From the NCBI GenBank assembly GCA_951406725.2, contig OX597833.1:2046001-2110000 (forward strand): 64,000 bases of DNA. The letters are read 5' to 3'. The translations under genes and the position numbers were made by a program. The notes under the pieces were generated by a model. The model was given only the letters and a program-made list of their open reading frames with translations, did no database searches and was not told the DNA's origin. Origin of the DNA: Octopus vulgaris. Lineage: Eukaryota. Shown piece by piece: positions 14,063 to 28,356 of this stretch. Numbering within the stretch: position 1 is the stretch's first letter; the number at the start of each line of letters is the position of its first letter.

Positions 14063-14908
14063 TCGAACATTAACGTGCATATATATAGATATAAGTGCGT
14101 GTACATATATATATATATATACAGAGAGGTAGAGAGAGAGAATGAAGGTGTATGTGGAGTGAACTATGTACCTATACTTAGAAGTGTTTCAGGTCTTTGA
14201 TTAGATTCTTAATCTACATACATTCTAAAATAAAAGACTTTATACATTTTACCACAAGTGTATATTGTACAGTTTTATCCAATCACATATATATATATAT
14301 ATACATATCTATATATACATTTATAGATAAATATATATAGATACATATATATAGATATAGATGCATACATATATATATATGTATATATATGTATATATAT
14401 GTATATATATACATATATATATATACATACATATATATATATATACATACATATATATATATCCTTATATATATATATATGTATGTATGTATATATATAT
14501 ATATTGCGTCAACCATATGCATTTTAGTAACAGAATGGAGTTCTATGTCATCGTAACCTCATCTCATGAAACAGAACCTTTAACTGCAAACTATTAGTTC
14601 AAATGTATGAAGAAGCCACCAGATTTAAAAACTTTATATTCAGCGTTAAGCTACAACTCTCTAAGTGGCAAAATGTATTTGAGGCAAGAAATATCGAACA
14701 TAAATTTTATTGGAAACGTTAACGTTGTAATGTTCATACCATAGTCTTTTTATATCGGTCACAAAATGACAACACAATGTACAGCAAGTATTAATTCCGG
14801 TATATATTGTTTGTAACAATTCGCATGAAATAAAGCTACATAAAAACATTAGTTGATAACACTAACATGGTATGAGGCGAATAAATGGATGTCTTACGGT
14901 ATTTGTTC

Positions 14909-15125
14909 AGGCGACGAGCTGGCAGAATCGTTAGCATGCCGGCCGGTATGCCTAGCGGTATTTCGGCTGCCGCTACGTTCCGAGTTCAAATTCCGCCGAG
15001 GTCGACTTTGCCTTTCGTCCTTTCGGGGTCGATTAAATAAGTACCAGTTACGCACTGGGGTCGATGTGATCCTTGTTTGTCCCTTCTGTGTTTAGCCCCT
15101 TGTGGGTAGTAAAGAAATAGGTATT
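14909..15125 (+). mobile_element. SINE family C with 14-bp TSD
   Basis: TSD GGTATTTGTTCAGG at 14898-14911 and 15120-15133. Confidence 0.9.
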
Positions 15126-15334
15126 TGTTCAGGATGTTTGTAGTTCTTACAGTAACATCTCTCTGATACCGATAACTAGCTGCATCACCCGAAGTTTTAC
15201 CCTTGGTTAAATATCAGTGACATGGAGAGAAGATGCTTCAAGAGAATTACGTCTAAAGGCAAATAGCAGGCTTCCATAAAAACAAAATCTGGCCCAGAGT
15301 ACGCATACAACCTTGAGCCACGGAAAATTCACGC

Positions 15335-15556
15335 TCTTTTACTCTTTTGTTTCAGTCATTTGACTGTGGCCATGCTGGAGCACGGCCTTTAGTCGAGCAA
15401 ATCAACCCCAGGATTTAGTCTTTGTAAGCCTAGTACTTATTCTATCGGTCTATTTTGCCGAACCGCTAAGTTACGAGGACATAAACACACCAGCAGCGGT
15501 TGTCAAGCGATGTTGGGCGGACAAACACAGGTACACAAACATATACACACACCTAC

Positions 15557-15605
<49 letters not shown>

Positions 15606-15735
15606 CGACGGGCTTCTTTCAGTTTCCGTCTACCAAATCCACTCACAAGGCGTTGCCCAAGGTCCCACGCAGTGGGACTGAACCCGGAACCATGTGGTTG
15701 GTAAGCAAGCAACTTCTCGCACACCCACTCCTATA
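15335..15735 (-). mobile_element. SINE family B with internal deletion
   Basis: Similarity to family B copies; ~35 bp missing in the head half. Confidence 0.85.
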
Positions 15736-16561
15736 CAGATTCTAAAAGCATAAAATAAATTATAAAATTTCGAAGGAGTTAATTGTTAAGGATTTTTAAA
15801 TTCAGCGCTAATGGTCCTTTTTGTTGTATTTTGCACCTTTAAAGTTCGCATCGAAAAGCAGTCACTTCTTTGTGTGTTTATTCTCTTTTCGAGACAGAAC
15901 ACCTACCGGCATGGTACGAACATCGTCCTGAGATAGTGGCTATCCTGCGCCATTTTAAACTTGGCTGATCCCATTTAAACGCAATTGGTTTCTTCCAAAA
16001 AGAACAAAGAAATTGCAACTGAGAGAAAGTATGAAAGAGAAGGCTCGACCCCGGTGATTGAACAGTGCTCCATTTATCCACTCCGACAGGATGAATAACA
16101 AATATAAACTCGGTGGCATTGAAAATACAGGGATCTGAATGAACACGACGAATTATTCTACATGATGCACTTTGTGACTTTGTCAAATCGTCGACAAGAT
16201 TGTTAAATTGACGTCGCCATAGTTAATATCACAATTGTCCGTTCAAAACTCCAGAGACTTCATGAGAAATGGCCTGGAAATTAAGGGATAGAATTCAACA
16301 ATGTCAAAATGTGTAACATGTATTTTAATCGTAAATATTGATGAAGCAGTAAACTATTGCGCTGCAGTTATTTTATTGCAGTGATCAAATTTTTATTTGC
16401 AAGTTGTTTCTCATATTGACATCAATGAAATTCCGGATGTGTTTCCTAACCCACACCTACTCGCACGCGGAAAGTTTTATTGCCTACATTTGGGATCCAT
16501 GACAAAGATCACCTTCTGATCTGTATATTTACATAAATTTACGTACGTGTTTATACATATA

Positions 16562-16601
<40 letters not shown>

Positions 16602-16613
16602 TGTGTGTGTGTA

Positions 16614-16652
<39 letters not shown>

Positions 16653-16684
16653 ACACACCAATACATGTATATATATCTATATAT

Positions 16685-16723
<39 letters not shown>

Positions 16724-16875
16724 TATATATGTACAAACATATATATACATATATACATATATATATATATATTTATATATAATGTATATGTATATATGTA
16801 TATGCATATATATTTATGTTTATGTTTATATTTTCCAGTTTCAGCTCTTGAGCTGTGGCCATGCTGGGGCACCGC

Positions 16876-16906
<31 letters not shown>

Positions 16907-16936
16907 TATGTATATATATATATATGTGTGTATGTA

Positions 16937-17025
<89 letters not shown>

Positions 17026-17316
17026 GAAAGAAACAAAAAAACGCTAGATTGCAAGGTGTTAAGAGGCTTGATAGTTTCATCCTAACTTCTACACCAGTTT
17101 CCACAGTTAAAACAAACATCATCATGTATATAATCCATACGATAATTTAATTCATGTAAAAAAAATTGCACGATTAATGAATTTCAGTAAGATGGATAAA
17201 CTTCGTCAGGAAAAGAAATTGAAAAATGAAAATCGAATTACTGCTTTTTTTTTATTTGTATGTTTTTTTTAACTGACGTAGAAGAAAAGTGGAGAAAATA
17301 GAATCTGCACGCATAT

Positions 17317-17483
17317 AGGCGCAGGCGTGGTCGTGTGGTAGGAAGTTTCCTTCCCAACCACATGGTTCCGGGTTCAGTCCCACTGCGTGGCATCTTGGGC
17401 AAGTGTCTTATACTATAGCCTCGAGCGGACCAAAGCCTTGTGAGTGGATTTGATAGACGGAAACTGAAAGAAGCCCGTCGTAT
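17317..17483 (+). mobile_element. SINE family B head half
   Basis: Similarity; ends at the internal TA tract. Confidence 0.85.
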
Positions 17484-17487
17484 ATAT

Positions 17488-17898
17488 ACTCTTTTACTCT
17501 TTTACTTGTTTCAGTCATTTGACTGCGGCCATGCTGGAGCACCGCCTTTAGTCGAGCAAATCGACCCCGGGACTTATTCTTTGTAAGCCCAGTACTTATT
17601 CTGTCGGTCTCTTTTTCCGAACCGCTAAGTGACGGGGACGTAAACACACCAGCGTCGGTTGTCAAGCAATGCTAGGGGGACAAACACAGACACACAAACA
17701 TATACACACACACTTATATATATATACATATATACGACGGGATTCTTTCAGTTTCCGTCTACCAAATCCACTCACAAGGCATTGGTCGGTCCGAGGCTAT
17801 AGCAGAAGACACTTGCCCAAGGTGCCACGCAGTGGGACTGAACCCGGAACCATGTAGTTGGTAAACAAGCTACTTACCACATAGCCACTCCTGCGCCT
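17488..17898 (-). mobile_element. SINE family B, full length
   Basis: Similarity to family B copies. Confidence 0.9.
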
Positions 17899-18486
17899 AT
17901 ATACATATATAATTTTTTTTAATGATAAAAAATATACAAAGGAACAAAAACGCAATAAAGGCCAATAAACATTCGGACAGATAGGTGATACAAAGGCGGA
18001 CAAGAGAAACAACGATTAGGACAGGTAAAAACAGACGGGTCATTCGTGGCCTTCTTTCCTCAGTCAAGTACCAGAAGTCACGACCGTTTCGAGCTTGAGA
18101 TGGTTCGATCTGGTTGCCCCCAAAAATGTCTAAGCTAAGAGCTTTAGACCCCTGTGTAAGAGAGCTAGCGAATGTGTATGTCAGCAAAGACAAAAAACAG
18201 AGAACAGGGTGCACAATTACGAATACAAACCACAAGGAATAACAAAAGGGTGTCTTTCAACGAAAAACGAATCAAATATATATATATATATATACATACA
18301 TATATATCCGTAAATATGAGAGAGTTAACGTTACATAGGTTAACTCTAGTGCTAGAAATAGCTCCTCCGGTATAATCGCCGCCGATACCTCCACATAGAA
18401 ATAGCACTACTCTCAACGTAAGGAAAGTGAAACACAACTAAAAAATGGATTAATGGTGTACAATTGTTTCTTTATCAATGTATATA

Positions 18487-18520
<34 letters not shown>

Positions 18521-18735
18521 GAGGCGCAATGGCCCAGTGGTTAGGGCAGCGGAATCGCGGTCGTAAGATCGCGGTTTCGTTTCCCAGACCGGGCACTGAG
18601 AGTGTTTACTGAGCGAAAACATCTAAAACTCCACGACGCTCCGGCAGGGGTTGATGATGATCCCTACTGTACTCTTTCGCCACAACGTTCTCTCTCTTTT
18701 CCTTCTGTTGGCCTGCTCGATTAGCCAGCGGGGTG
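18521..18735 (+). mobile_element. SINE family A variant (alternative 3' part)
   Basis: Head GGCGCAATGGCCCAGTGGTTAGGGCAGCGG..GTTTCG. Its 3' part CCTGCTCG.TTAGCCAGCGGGGTG matches 45394 and 46095. Confidence 0.8.
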
Positions 18736-20358
18736 ATGGATAATTGTCGGCTCGTTACAGCTGCTTCTTACGTATTTTTAAATAGAAGAATGTGAACATT
18801 ACTTCATTACAAAAACCGCAATCATCAGATTGAATATAGTTTCACAAACAGAAGAATATCCCAGGAGTACGGCATGGGCGTGGATTGAGTCTGTCTAAAC
18901 TAACTATGGAAAAAATACGTGTGCTTTGAACAGGGCCCTGGGCCCTACCTAAATGCTCACAAGGTTGGTTTTCTCTGCGTGCACAACCGGAATATCCTAT
19001 TTGATATTTATCAACCATTGTCTGGAACTATAAATTTATCCAAACCTACTTGGTGCATATCTTTTCAAGTACCCGACTGTATTTGAATCCTTGTGTCTAC
19101 ACACATGTATGTATGTACGTGTTGTATCGCTAGTTCGAAATATGATTTAAGGGCATAATATTAATAATAATGTCCTCACAAATCGTCAAGATACTTGTAA
19201 TAACACTCGACAATACGCAACTCTCGGCTTTACTCTGCTGAAGGTTCTCTGCGTATGTCCATTTATATTGAGGCACAGTCCATTAGGAGCCAACCAATAG
19301 GGGTGCTCTACTTCCACACAACAGTATGTATGTATGTACTGTATGTATGTATGTATGTATGTGTGTATGTATGTATGTATGAGGGTGTGCACGTGTGTGT
19401 GATTCGCCCGCTCGTGGCGGAGATAAGTCTAATAAATCAAGAATTTCATATTTTAAGTTGTTTGATTTATCGGTATTTTAGTGTTTCTCAATGCCATGGC
19501 CTCTCTGAGTTATTTCTCTTAACCAATTTGAGGTAAATATACATACATACATATTTGCGAGTGTATGTGTGTGTATGTGTGTGTATGTGTGTGTGTGTAT
19601 GTATATTCGTAGATACATAGGCACACATGCCCGCGCATAATATATGTATGTACGTGTGTGTATGTACTTAAAACAACATACAAGTAACTATAAACAAGAT
19701 GCATACTATAAATGTGTTTACACACGCGAAGGCTCACATACACACACACACACATACACGTACACACAAGCACACGTTCAGAGACAAACAGACACACAAA
19801 CACACACACACACATAAAACAACAGCACACACAGGTAGTAAAAATATACCTATATACACAACAAACAGTTAAGTATGTTAGCAGACGATAGCGACTTAAT
19901 AACGGCTTAAGGATGAGTAATGAGAGAAAAATGTGTGGATGGTAAGTAGCTGTAAATAAATAAATAATTTGAATGATTAAATAAAGATAAACAAATGTTA
20001 TTGTTTATTTCGTTAGTTATTTAATTTTCTTTGTTTTTTTTGTTTTCTCTCGAAGCAGCCATTTTATAAAAATGGATGCAACGAATATGGAGGGATGACG
20101 CGAGTGAAATCAATCTGCAGCGAAGAAAGAAATTCATACGAATTAAACGGGAGAGGAATGAAAATAAAATCAAATAATGAATAATTAAAAAATAATAGAG
20201 ATGGGGAAAAAAAAAAATTAGCTTGCAGACGATGTCGATATTTCATGCAAGATGATAAATAAGAAAGAAATTTTTTTCAAAGCATGAACAAAGTTGAGAT
20301 ATGAGTTTGAAAGGTGGCGAAATAAATATATATACATGTATGTGTGTGTTGAGCATGT

Positions 20359-20393
<35 letters not shown>

Positions 20394-20396
20394 ATA

Positions 20397-20455
<59 letters not shown>

Positions 20456-20607
20456 TTATTAATAAATATAAAGGGTAGCAAAATATTCTAGAAAAAATTC
20501 TCCGCTACCAGCGGTCCAGCGAGAAAAAAAAGATAGTCAAAGACTATCTTTTTGAATGTATATATATATATATTCATATATATATATATATATACACACT
20601 GTGTATG

Positions 20608-20669
<62 letters not shown>

Positions 20670-20701
20670 CCCTTTTATAGACCTACATATATATATAGTA
20701 A

Positions 20702-20897
20702 AATTTATCTCCACTTAAAAGTAGATGTTGCCTTAGAACACAAAATACTACGTTATTTGTCATGAGAGAACCCCTCTGCTAGCGATATAAATACGAGTGC
20801 TTATATGTACCATCTGTCCTTATGGGAGGCCCTCTCGTGTTAAATAACGCAGTATTTTGTGTTCTAACACATCTACTTTTAAGTGGGGATAAATATT
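20702..20897. repeat. Foldback/MITE-like inverted repeat (~58-bp arms, extendable inward)
   Basis: TTTATCTCCACTTAAAAGTAGATGT..TTAGAACACAAAATACTACGTTATTT pairs with AAATAACGCAGTATTTTGTGTTCTAACACATCTACTTTTAAGTGGGGATAAA. Confidence 0.8.
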
Positions 20898-20999
20898 AAC
20901 TTTTGGCATTAAAACGGCTTCTACTGTTATTCATTATTTTTTATATATATGTGTTTGTATATATAATATATACATAAATGTTATATATATACATAAATG

Positions 21000-21048
<49 letters not shown>

Positions 21049-21271
21049 TGTGTGTGTGTGTTACCTGTTATCAATGTGGTTTATTGCATATCTCCTACCA
21101 CCTGCATCACCTCCCTAACCACACACATCCCTATCTTCCGTTAGTCTTCGGTATTCTTCTCCTGACTGCATCCCATCTTCATTATTATTAATCTTCCTAT
21201 TGTTATTGTTATTCTAATTGGTTATACTCATACTAAGAAGGGGTCATTACGAGGACAGACAAAACAAATAT

Positions 21272-21750
21272 TGTGGTCAGGAGATCGAATGGGACGAATG
21301 TATGGATAAAAAAAATTTAATATATACAATAAGGAGTGGCTGTGTGGTAAGTAGCTTGCTTACCAACCACATGGTTCCGGGTTCAGTCCCACTGCGTGGC
21401 ACCTTGGGCAACTGTCTTCTGCTATAGCCCCGGGCCGACCAATGCCTTGTGAGTGGATTTAGTAGACGGAAACTGAAATAAGCCTGTCGTATATATGTAT
21501 ACATATATAAGTGTGTGTATATATGTTTGTGTGTTTGTGTTTGTCCTCCTAGCATTGCTTGACAACCGATGCTGGTGTGTTTACGTCCCCGTCACCCAGC
21601 GGTTCGGCAAAAGAGACCGATAGAATAAGTACTGGGCTTACAAAGAATAAGTGCCGGGGTCGATTTGCTCGACTAAAGGCGGTGCTCCAGCATGGACGCA
21701 GTCAAATGACTGAAACAAGTAAAAGAGTAAAAGAGTAAAGAATAAAGAAT
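21272..21750 (+). mobile_element. SINE family B, full length
   Basis: Similarity to family B copies. Confidence 0.9.
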
Positions 21751-22245
21751 AATAAAATGCGAAATCGAATGATTAACAAAAAACGAAGCGGAGGACGCGG
21801 TCGACCCCACAAACCACATTCTCACACTGAAGACTTTGTCTGTTTTTTTTTGTTCTCGCTTAAATAGTTTCTTTCACTCGCAACATACTTGCTACAGGCT
21901 TTCATCTTTTACGAAACACTTTGCGGCAGGCATTTCTTTTCCAGCCTTATTTTTCGTTTCATGCGGAAAACGAAAACGTAAATTAACCCTAGGCTGGAAA
22001 TGAAAATGCCTGTCGCAATTCCTTTCACTCTCGTCTTCCATACTACCTCCTTCGCAAAGGCAACTAACGGGAGAAAACAAGCCCGCTCACCCCTATTCGG
22101 GGAGGGCGGCGGGACGATCTTGACTACAGATTCGCTCGACAGTTGTAATCTTCCCGAATGCGACAGCGGGTGTTCGACATAAGCCCAGAGTTCAGTCACC
22201 TTGGGGCATTACACAATCGCGTGCAGGACAGTTTCACTAATACTC

Positions 22246-22487
22246 AGGCGGCGAAAGCTGGCAGAAACGTTAGCACACCGGGCGAAATGCTTACCGATAT
22301 TTCGTCTGCCGCTACGTTCTGAGTTCCAATTCCGCCGCGGTCGACTTTGCCTTTCATCCTTTCGGGGTCGATTAAATAAGTACCAGTTACGCACTGGGGT
22401 CGATGTAATCGACTTAATCCGTTTGTATGTCCTTGTTTGTCCTCTCTATGTTTAGCCCCTTTTGGGTAGTAAAGAAATAGGTATTTC
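22246..22487 (+). mobile_element. SINE family C, full length
   Basis: Similarity to family C copies. Confidence 0.9.
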
Positions 22488-22625
22488 ATGCCGTCTTCAC
22501 GGGATATTTTTTTGAACCAGTTGAAGACACACGAGATGTCGAAATTTGGTTCACTAGATAACAATGGCACTCTTCTTTCAATTTTGACTCTATATATTCA
22601 GGAAGATTTACCTCAATCCTTTATA

Positions 22626-22702
<77 letters not shown>

Positions 22703-23785
22703 TATGTTTGATTTTGCTTTATGTCTCTACAAGTTGGCTCCAAGTCTCACCCAGAGACCTCAAGAGACAACAGGTTGGAAGTTCTGTGCCATATATTTGT
22801 TGTGTTGTACTAGTGAATGTCTAATACATAAAAATAAAATTTAAAAAAAAAATTAAAATTAAAAAAATAAAACAAAATAAAATAAATAAATGAATAAATT
22901 AAAAAAAGTTTGTTTTAAACCTTGGGATTACATAGAGAGTATTTTGCGTAGGATATGAGCAGTTCCCATGAGCACTATCTTTTGAATTTCTGCTATTTTG
23001 GGGTTTCCTGGTATCTGAGTTAGGTAGCAATTAGTCCCTTTCGCTATCATTCCCAGGGCACCTATGACAACAGGTATTGTTTTAGTCTTCAGCTTCCACA
23101 TTTTGCTGATTTCTATTTCAAGATCTTTATATTTGCTCAGTTTTTGGTAGGTCTTGACAGATACGTTTATATCGATTGGGACAGTCATATCAATGAGGAG
23201 GCATGTTCTTTGCCTGAAGTCTTTCAATATGGTGTCTGGCCTATTTGCATCTATCTTCCTGTCAGTTTGAATGGTGAAGTTCTAGAGGAGTGAGATGTGG
23301 TCATTTTCAAGCACTGGAGGTGGATTGTGTTCCCACCAGTTTTTTTCATGGGGCAAATCCAGGTTTTTGCAGATTACCCAGTGAATATATTGTGCAGCTC
23401 TGTAGGCGCTACTCTGTAGGCGCTAGAAGACTGCATTTGGAGACAACATGATCAATGGTTTCAATTTGTTGTCGGCATACACGACATGTTGGGCTACTGC
23501 CGTTCTTTAATATGTTGGCCTGGTAGTTTCTTGTTGGTAGGCATTGATCTTGAGCTGCTATGATAAACCCTTCTGTTTCAGATTTTAAGCCAGAGGCCAT
23601 TAGCCATTGATGGGTCAGGGCTTTGTCAATATCTGCATTATTCGCTCTCTTTGGGTATTTGCCATAGAGAGGTTTTTGTTGCCATTTATTATTCAGAATA
23701 TCTAAGGCCGCAGTTTTGGCACGGGTTTTCATGCGCCTAGCTTTTTCTGTGCTTGTTTCTTGTATGTCTATCTCTAATTCCGATT
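22703..23785 (-). mobile_element. 5'-truncated R4/Dong-clade non-LTR retrotransposon (CCHC zinc knuckle + restriction-like endonuclease) in (TAA)n
   Basis: Peptide motifs ETEGFIIAAQDQ, CRVC..ETIDHVVSKC, NRPD..LIDMTVP, KLSKYKDL, IPVVIGALG and GTAHILRKILS* (stop at 22928). Two in-frame stops. (TAT)n tracts at 22628-22702 and 23786-24080. Confidence 0.9.
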
Positions 23786-23818
23786 TTATTATTATTATTA
23801 TTATTATCATTATTATCA

Positions 23819-23900
<82 letters not shown>

Positions 23901-23905
23901 TATTA

Positions 23906-23987
<82 letters not shown>

Positions 23988-23992
23988 TATTA

Positions 23993-24050
<58 letters not shown>

Positions 24051-24680
24051 CATTATTATCATTATTATTATTATTATTATTCATTTATTCATTCTTTTCT
24101 TCTTCTTCTTACATGTTCACTATACCAATTATTCACCAACCAAAAATATCTTCATTTACTTTATGTTTCTTCCTGATGTAACCAAAAATCAATTTCTAGA
24201 AGATGCAAGACGCAAGAACGCACCTTTGATGCATATCTGAAGTAGTTCCACTCTAATGCCCGAAACCGCAAATATCACGCAAATTTACACTTTGAAATTT
24301 TTCGCTAAAAAATCGTTGTAAGCAGCGTTGGTACAAAAACAAATGTAACTCGATCGTTAAAGATATCTAAAAACTTTTCTTTGGCTTCTTTGTATTCTAC
24401 TAATAACTACTGATTTTCACTACTAAGGAACTTCCTCGATTCTCTCTGAAGACGAAATAGTCCGTTATGTATGTATGTATATGATACAGTCTTCTACAAC
24501 ATTTCCGTTGTAACAATTCTACAATTATTTTCAAATTATGAATTTCATACGAATTGCTTGAGTCTTCATTCTTTCTATCCACTCTCACCCTCTCACTCAC
24601 TCACTCTCTCATAGTCATTATCTCTCTTCCTCTCTCTCCCTCTCCCTCTCTCTCTCTTTCTTTCTCGCTATATATACACA

Positions 24681-24756
<76 letters not shown>

Positions 24757-24837
24757 AATATATATAAACACCCATGCTTAAAAATTTGGACTCACAAACA
24801 CACATATATATATATAAGTATATATATATATTGGATG

Positions 24838-25025
24838 TGATTTCGTGTTGGCGATTTTTTTTCCTCTGTCTTCCCTTCTCTGGATCTTTCCTTCTCCTAT
24901 GTTTCCGACGAAGAGCTCTGCTCGAAACATTAAACCCTCCTTCTTTCCTGAGCGTCCAATAATACTATATTTGTTCCACGTCCTTGTGTTGTTGTTTCTT
25001 TGTGCTTTCTTGTTTGGATTAACTC

Positions 25026-25027
<2 letters not shown>
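24838..25027 (+). mobile_element. Family H2 element with minimal hammerhead at 24901-24935
   Basis: gttt CCGACGA a gagc tct gctc GAAA ca UU aaac; flanked by (TA)n. Confidence 0.7.
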
Positions 25028-25072
<45 letters not shown>

Positions 25073-25132
25073 GTATATATATATATATGTATATATATAT
25101 ATGTATGTATATATGTATACATATATATATAC

Positions 25133-25199
<67 letters not shown>

Positions 25200-25458
25200 T
25201 ACATAGATACATCTACATACATGTTGACATCTATATATGTACTGCTACATCCATAGTTCTACATACACATGTGTTTATGTATGTATATATATATACATGC
25301 ACACACTCATGTGCATACACGCACGCGCACACGCACACACACATCCTCGAGAAGAAGTAACTAGATATAATCATAAGACAAAAGATTCGTAGAATATACA
25401 TGTTGCTTGTAGAAGCAAGTTGAAGATATCAATGATAAACCCAAATAATCCGGGAGTA

Positions 25459-25505
<47 letters not shown>

Positions 25506-25714
25506 ATTATGGCAGTATTCAACAAATTAAACAAAGTGACCGTAGTTGAGCCAATGGCGATTTTATTGCTTAAATTTAGTCTTTAGTGTTTGTAGACCTT
25601 CTAATGTAAAAAATTGGTAGATATATCTGTTAAAAAGAGATGTCAGTGTTATTTTCATTTTTGCGTAATCTATACGACATTTTATTTATCGCACGCTGTT
25701 ATATATATATATAC

Positions 25715-25769
<55 letters not shown>

Positions 25770-25809
25770 CATACATACATACATGCATACATACATGCAT
25801 ACATATATG

Positions 25810-25859
<50 letters not shown>

Positions 25860-27633
25860 GAAAATAAAATTAACGAATGTTAACAAAACAAAAGCATCTG
25901 CGAATTGGCAGACGATAGTGGTGTGTGTTGATAAAACATCCAGTCAAAATGGAAAGTTCAGGAAAATACGTTATAATACGGAAAACAAAAAATATATATA
26001 TAAAATAGTTACAGAGATGTAGTCTTTGAATGTACGTGTGTATCTATATAAGTATCTGTGTGATTGTATACACACTCATGCATATATAGGTAGATAGATA
26101 TAAATATATATATATATATGTACATATAACTATATGCACACATATGCACATATGTATATGTATATGTATATATACACATACATATACCCATTCATGATTA
26201 CACACATACATGCATATATATATATATGTGTGTGTGTTTTATATATACATAAATACCTGCATTCCTACATACATGCAAATGTACATACGCAGAAGCATAC
26301 ATACAAGCATACATGCATCGATCCAACCATCCAGCCATCTATCTATCCAGCCATCCACCTATCCATGCATGCATACATACATAGCATACATACATACCAG
26401 CATATATTTATACATGCATACATACATACATACATACATACATACATACATACATACATACATACATACATACATACATACATGCATGCATGCATGCATA
26501 CATACATACACACATACATACATACATACATACATACATACATACATACATACATACATACATACATACATACATACATACATACATACATAAAACGAAT
26601 AGCCGAAGGGTTTGCGAAACATAGAAACGGAATAGATGATTAAGAGAATAAACATCACGAACATAATAAAACGCAGCAAGAATAAATGAAAATAAAAACA
26701 AGAATAACAAGACAAGAGAATGATTGCGTTTACTGTGTACAGGCAGACGACAGTAATTTTACGTAATACAACATCAGTAAAGATGGAAAATTTGGAAAGA
26801 TAAGTAGGATTGGGTAAAGCTGAACTAAATAAAGTTATATAGATGTTTGAAAAACTATAGGAATACATGTATGTATGTGTATTTGTGTGTTTGTGTGTTT
26901 GACGATCTGGGAGAAAGGGTGATTTTTGAATAAGTCTACAATAATAGATTAAGATAATATAGGTCTCGAATGCAGAAACAACATCTACAGTTTGAAAGAA
27001 AGATAAATTAAATGGTGGAAAGGAAGAAAAAAGAAAATGTAATGGAAAAATATGCAGACGATAGTCAAATTATATAAGAAAACAATCGGTATAAGGACAA
27101 GAGGAACTTTGGAAAGATAAGTAAAAATAAATAGCGGAAGGTGAACTAAAAAATAACATACAAATGTTTAAAAGATGGAGTATACATACTGAAATATATA
27201 CAAATACATACATTTACACACCCTAACGCAAACACACACACACATAAATACATCACACATAATGAGCCGAGAATCAGACTAATGGGAAATAAGCCTGGAA
27301 TAAAGGATTTGGAGAATAGACATCTTGAAAGTGGAAGCAATATCTATGGCGGAAAGAAAGAAAGAAATGAGAGAAAAGAAACATATAGAATAAGGAATGC
27401 AAATATGCAGACGATAGTGACGTAATACGAGGGAAAGACGGAATGGTGGAGAAGGAAAATTGGGTGAAGATAAGCTAGGAACATAAATAGCTGAATATAG
27501 AGACAAAACAATAAAAGAAAGAAATTGCTTGCAAAATAGAAAGAGTAGATGAATTCTTTTTTTTTTTTTTTTTATATGTATGGTGGGTATCAATATAAGG
27601 AAAATAAGAATGGATAGAATCTTGGAATGAAGG

Positions 27634-27720
<87 letters not shown>

Positions 27721-27721
27721 C

Positions 27722-27787
<66 letters not shown>

Positions 27788-27906
27788 GCTGTCAGGGAAA
27801 GAAAAATAAACGGTGGCAAGTATAGGTAAACTCAGATAAGTTGTTGTTGTTCTTCTCCTCCTTCTTTCTGTTATTATTATTATATAACATCATCATCATC
27901 ATCATC

Positions 27907-27947
<41 letters not shown>

Positions 27948-27967
27948 TATCATTATCATTATCATCA

Positions 27968-28035
<68 letters not shown>

Positions 28036-28356
28036 GACGTTGTTGTTGTTATCGCATAGTCTAAACTCTACCTTAATTATCGTAGGTGGGTAGTCAGTCT
28101 AATGTGTAAGTAAACAACGCGTCCAATGTTCCAAATATACCGAACCAACCAACACAAATTTAAACAAAATACAATACACAACACACTTCATCTTCCTAGT
28201 AACATTCTCAGATAGTCTTTCATAAATTCCTGACAATCGGTTGGTAGAATCCCATGCGAAATGCTTCCTGTTTCTCTAGAGTTGAGCAGATACGAAAGAA
28301 ATAGTCTTTTGGATAGGACGGCGGTCTATTAGTAACATCCGTAGTCGGCCCAACCT

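Noticed and set aside
17145-17215. Minus-strand CUGACGA-agt..act-GAAA
   Set aside because: Stem II is only 3 bp and there is no properly placed stem I partner; at best a decayed motif.
21960-22230. Telomerase RNA idea (TAACCCTA template-like 8-mer at 21984, ANANNA and ACA near 22178-22213)
   Set aside because: No convincing pseudoknot or P6.1, the outer helix closes directly after the putative template, and the H-to-ACA spacing is too short.
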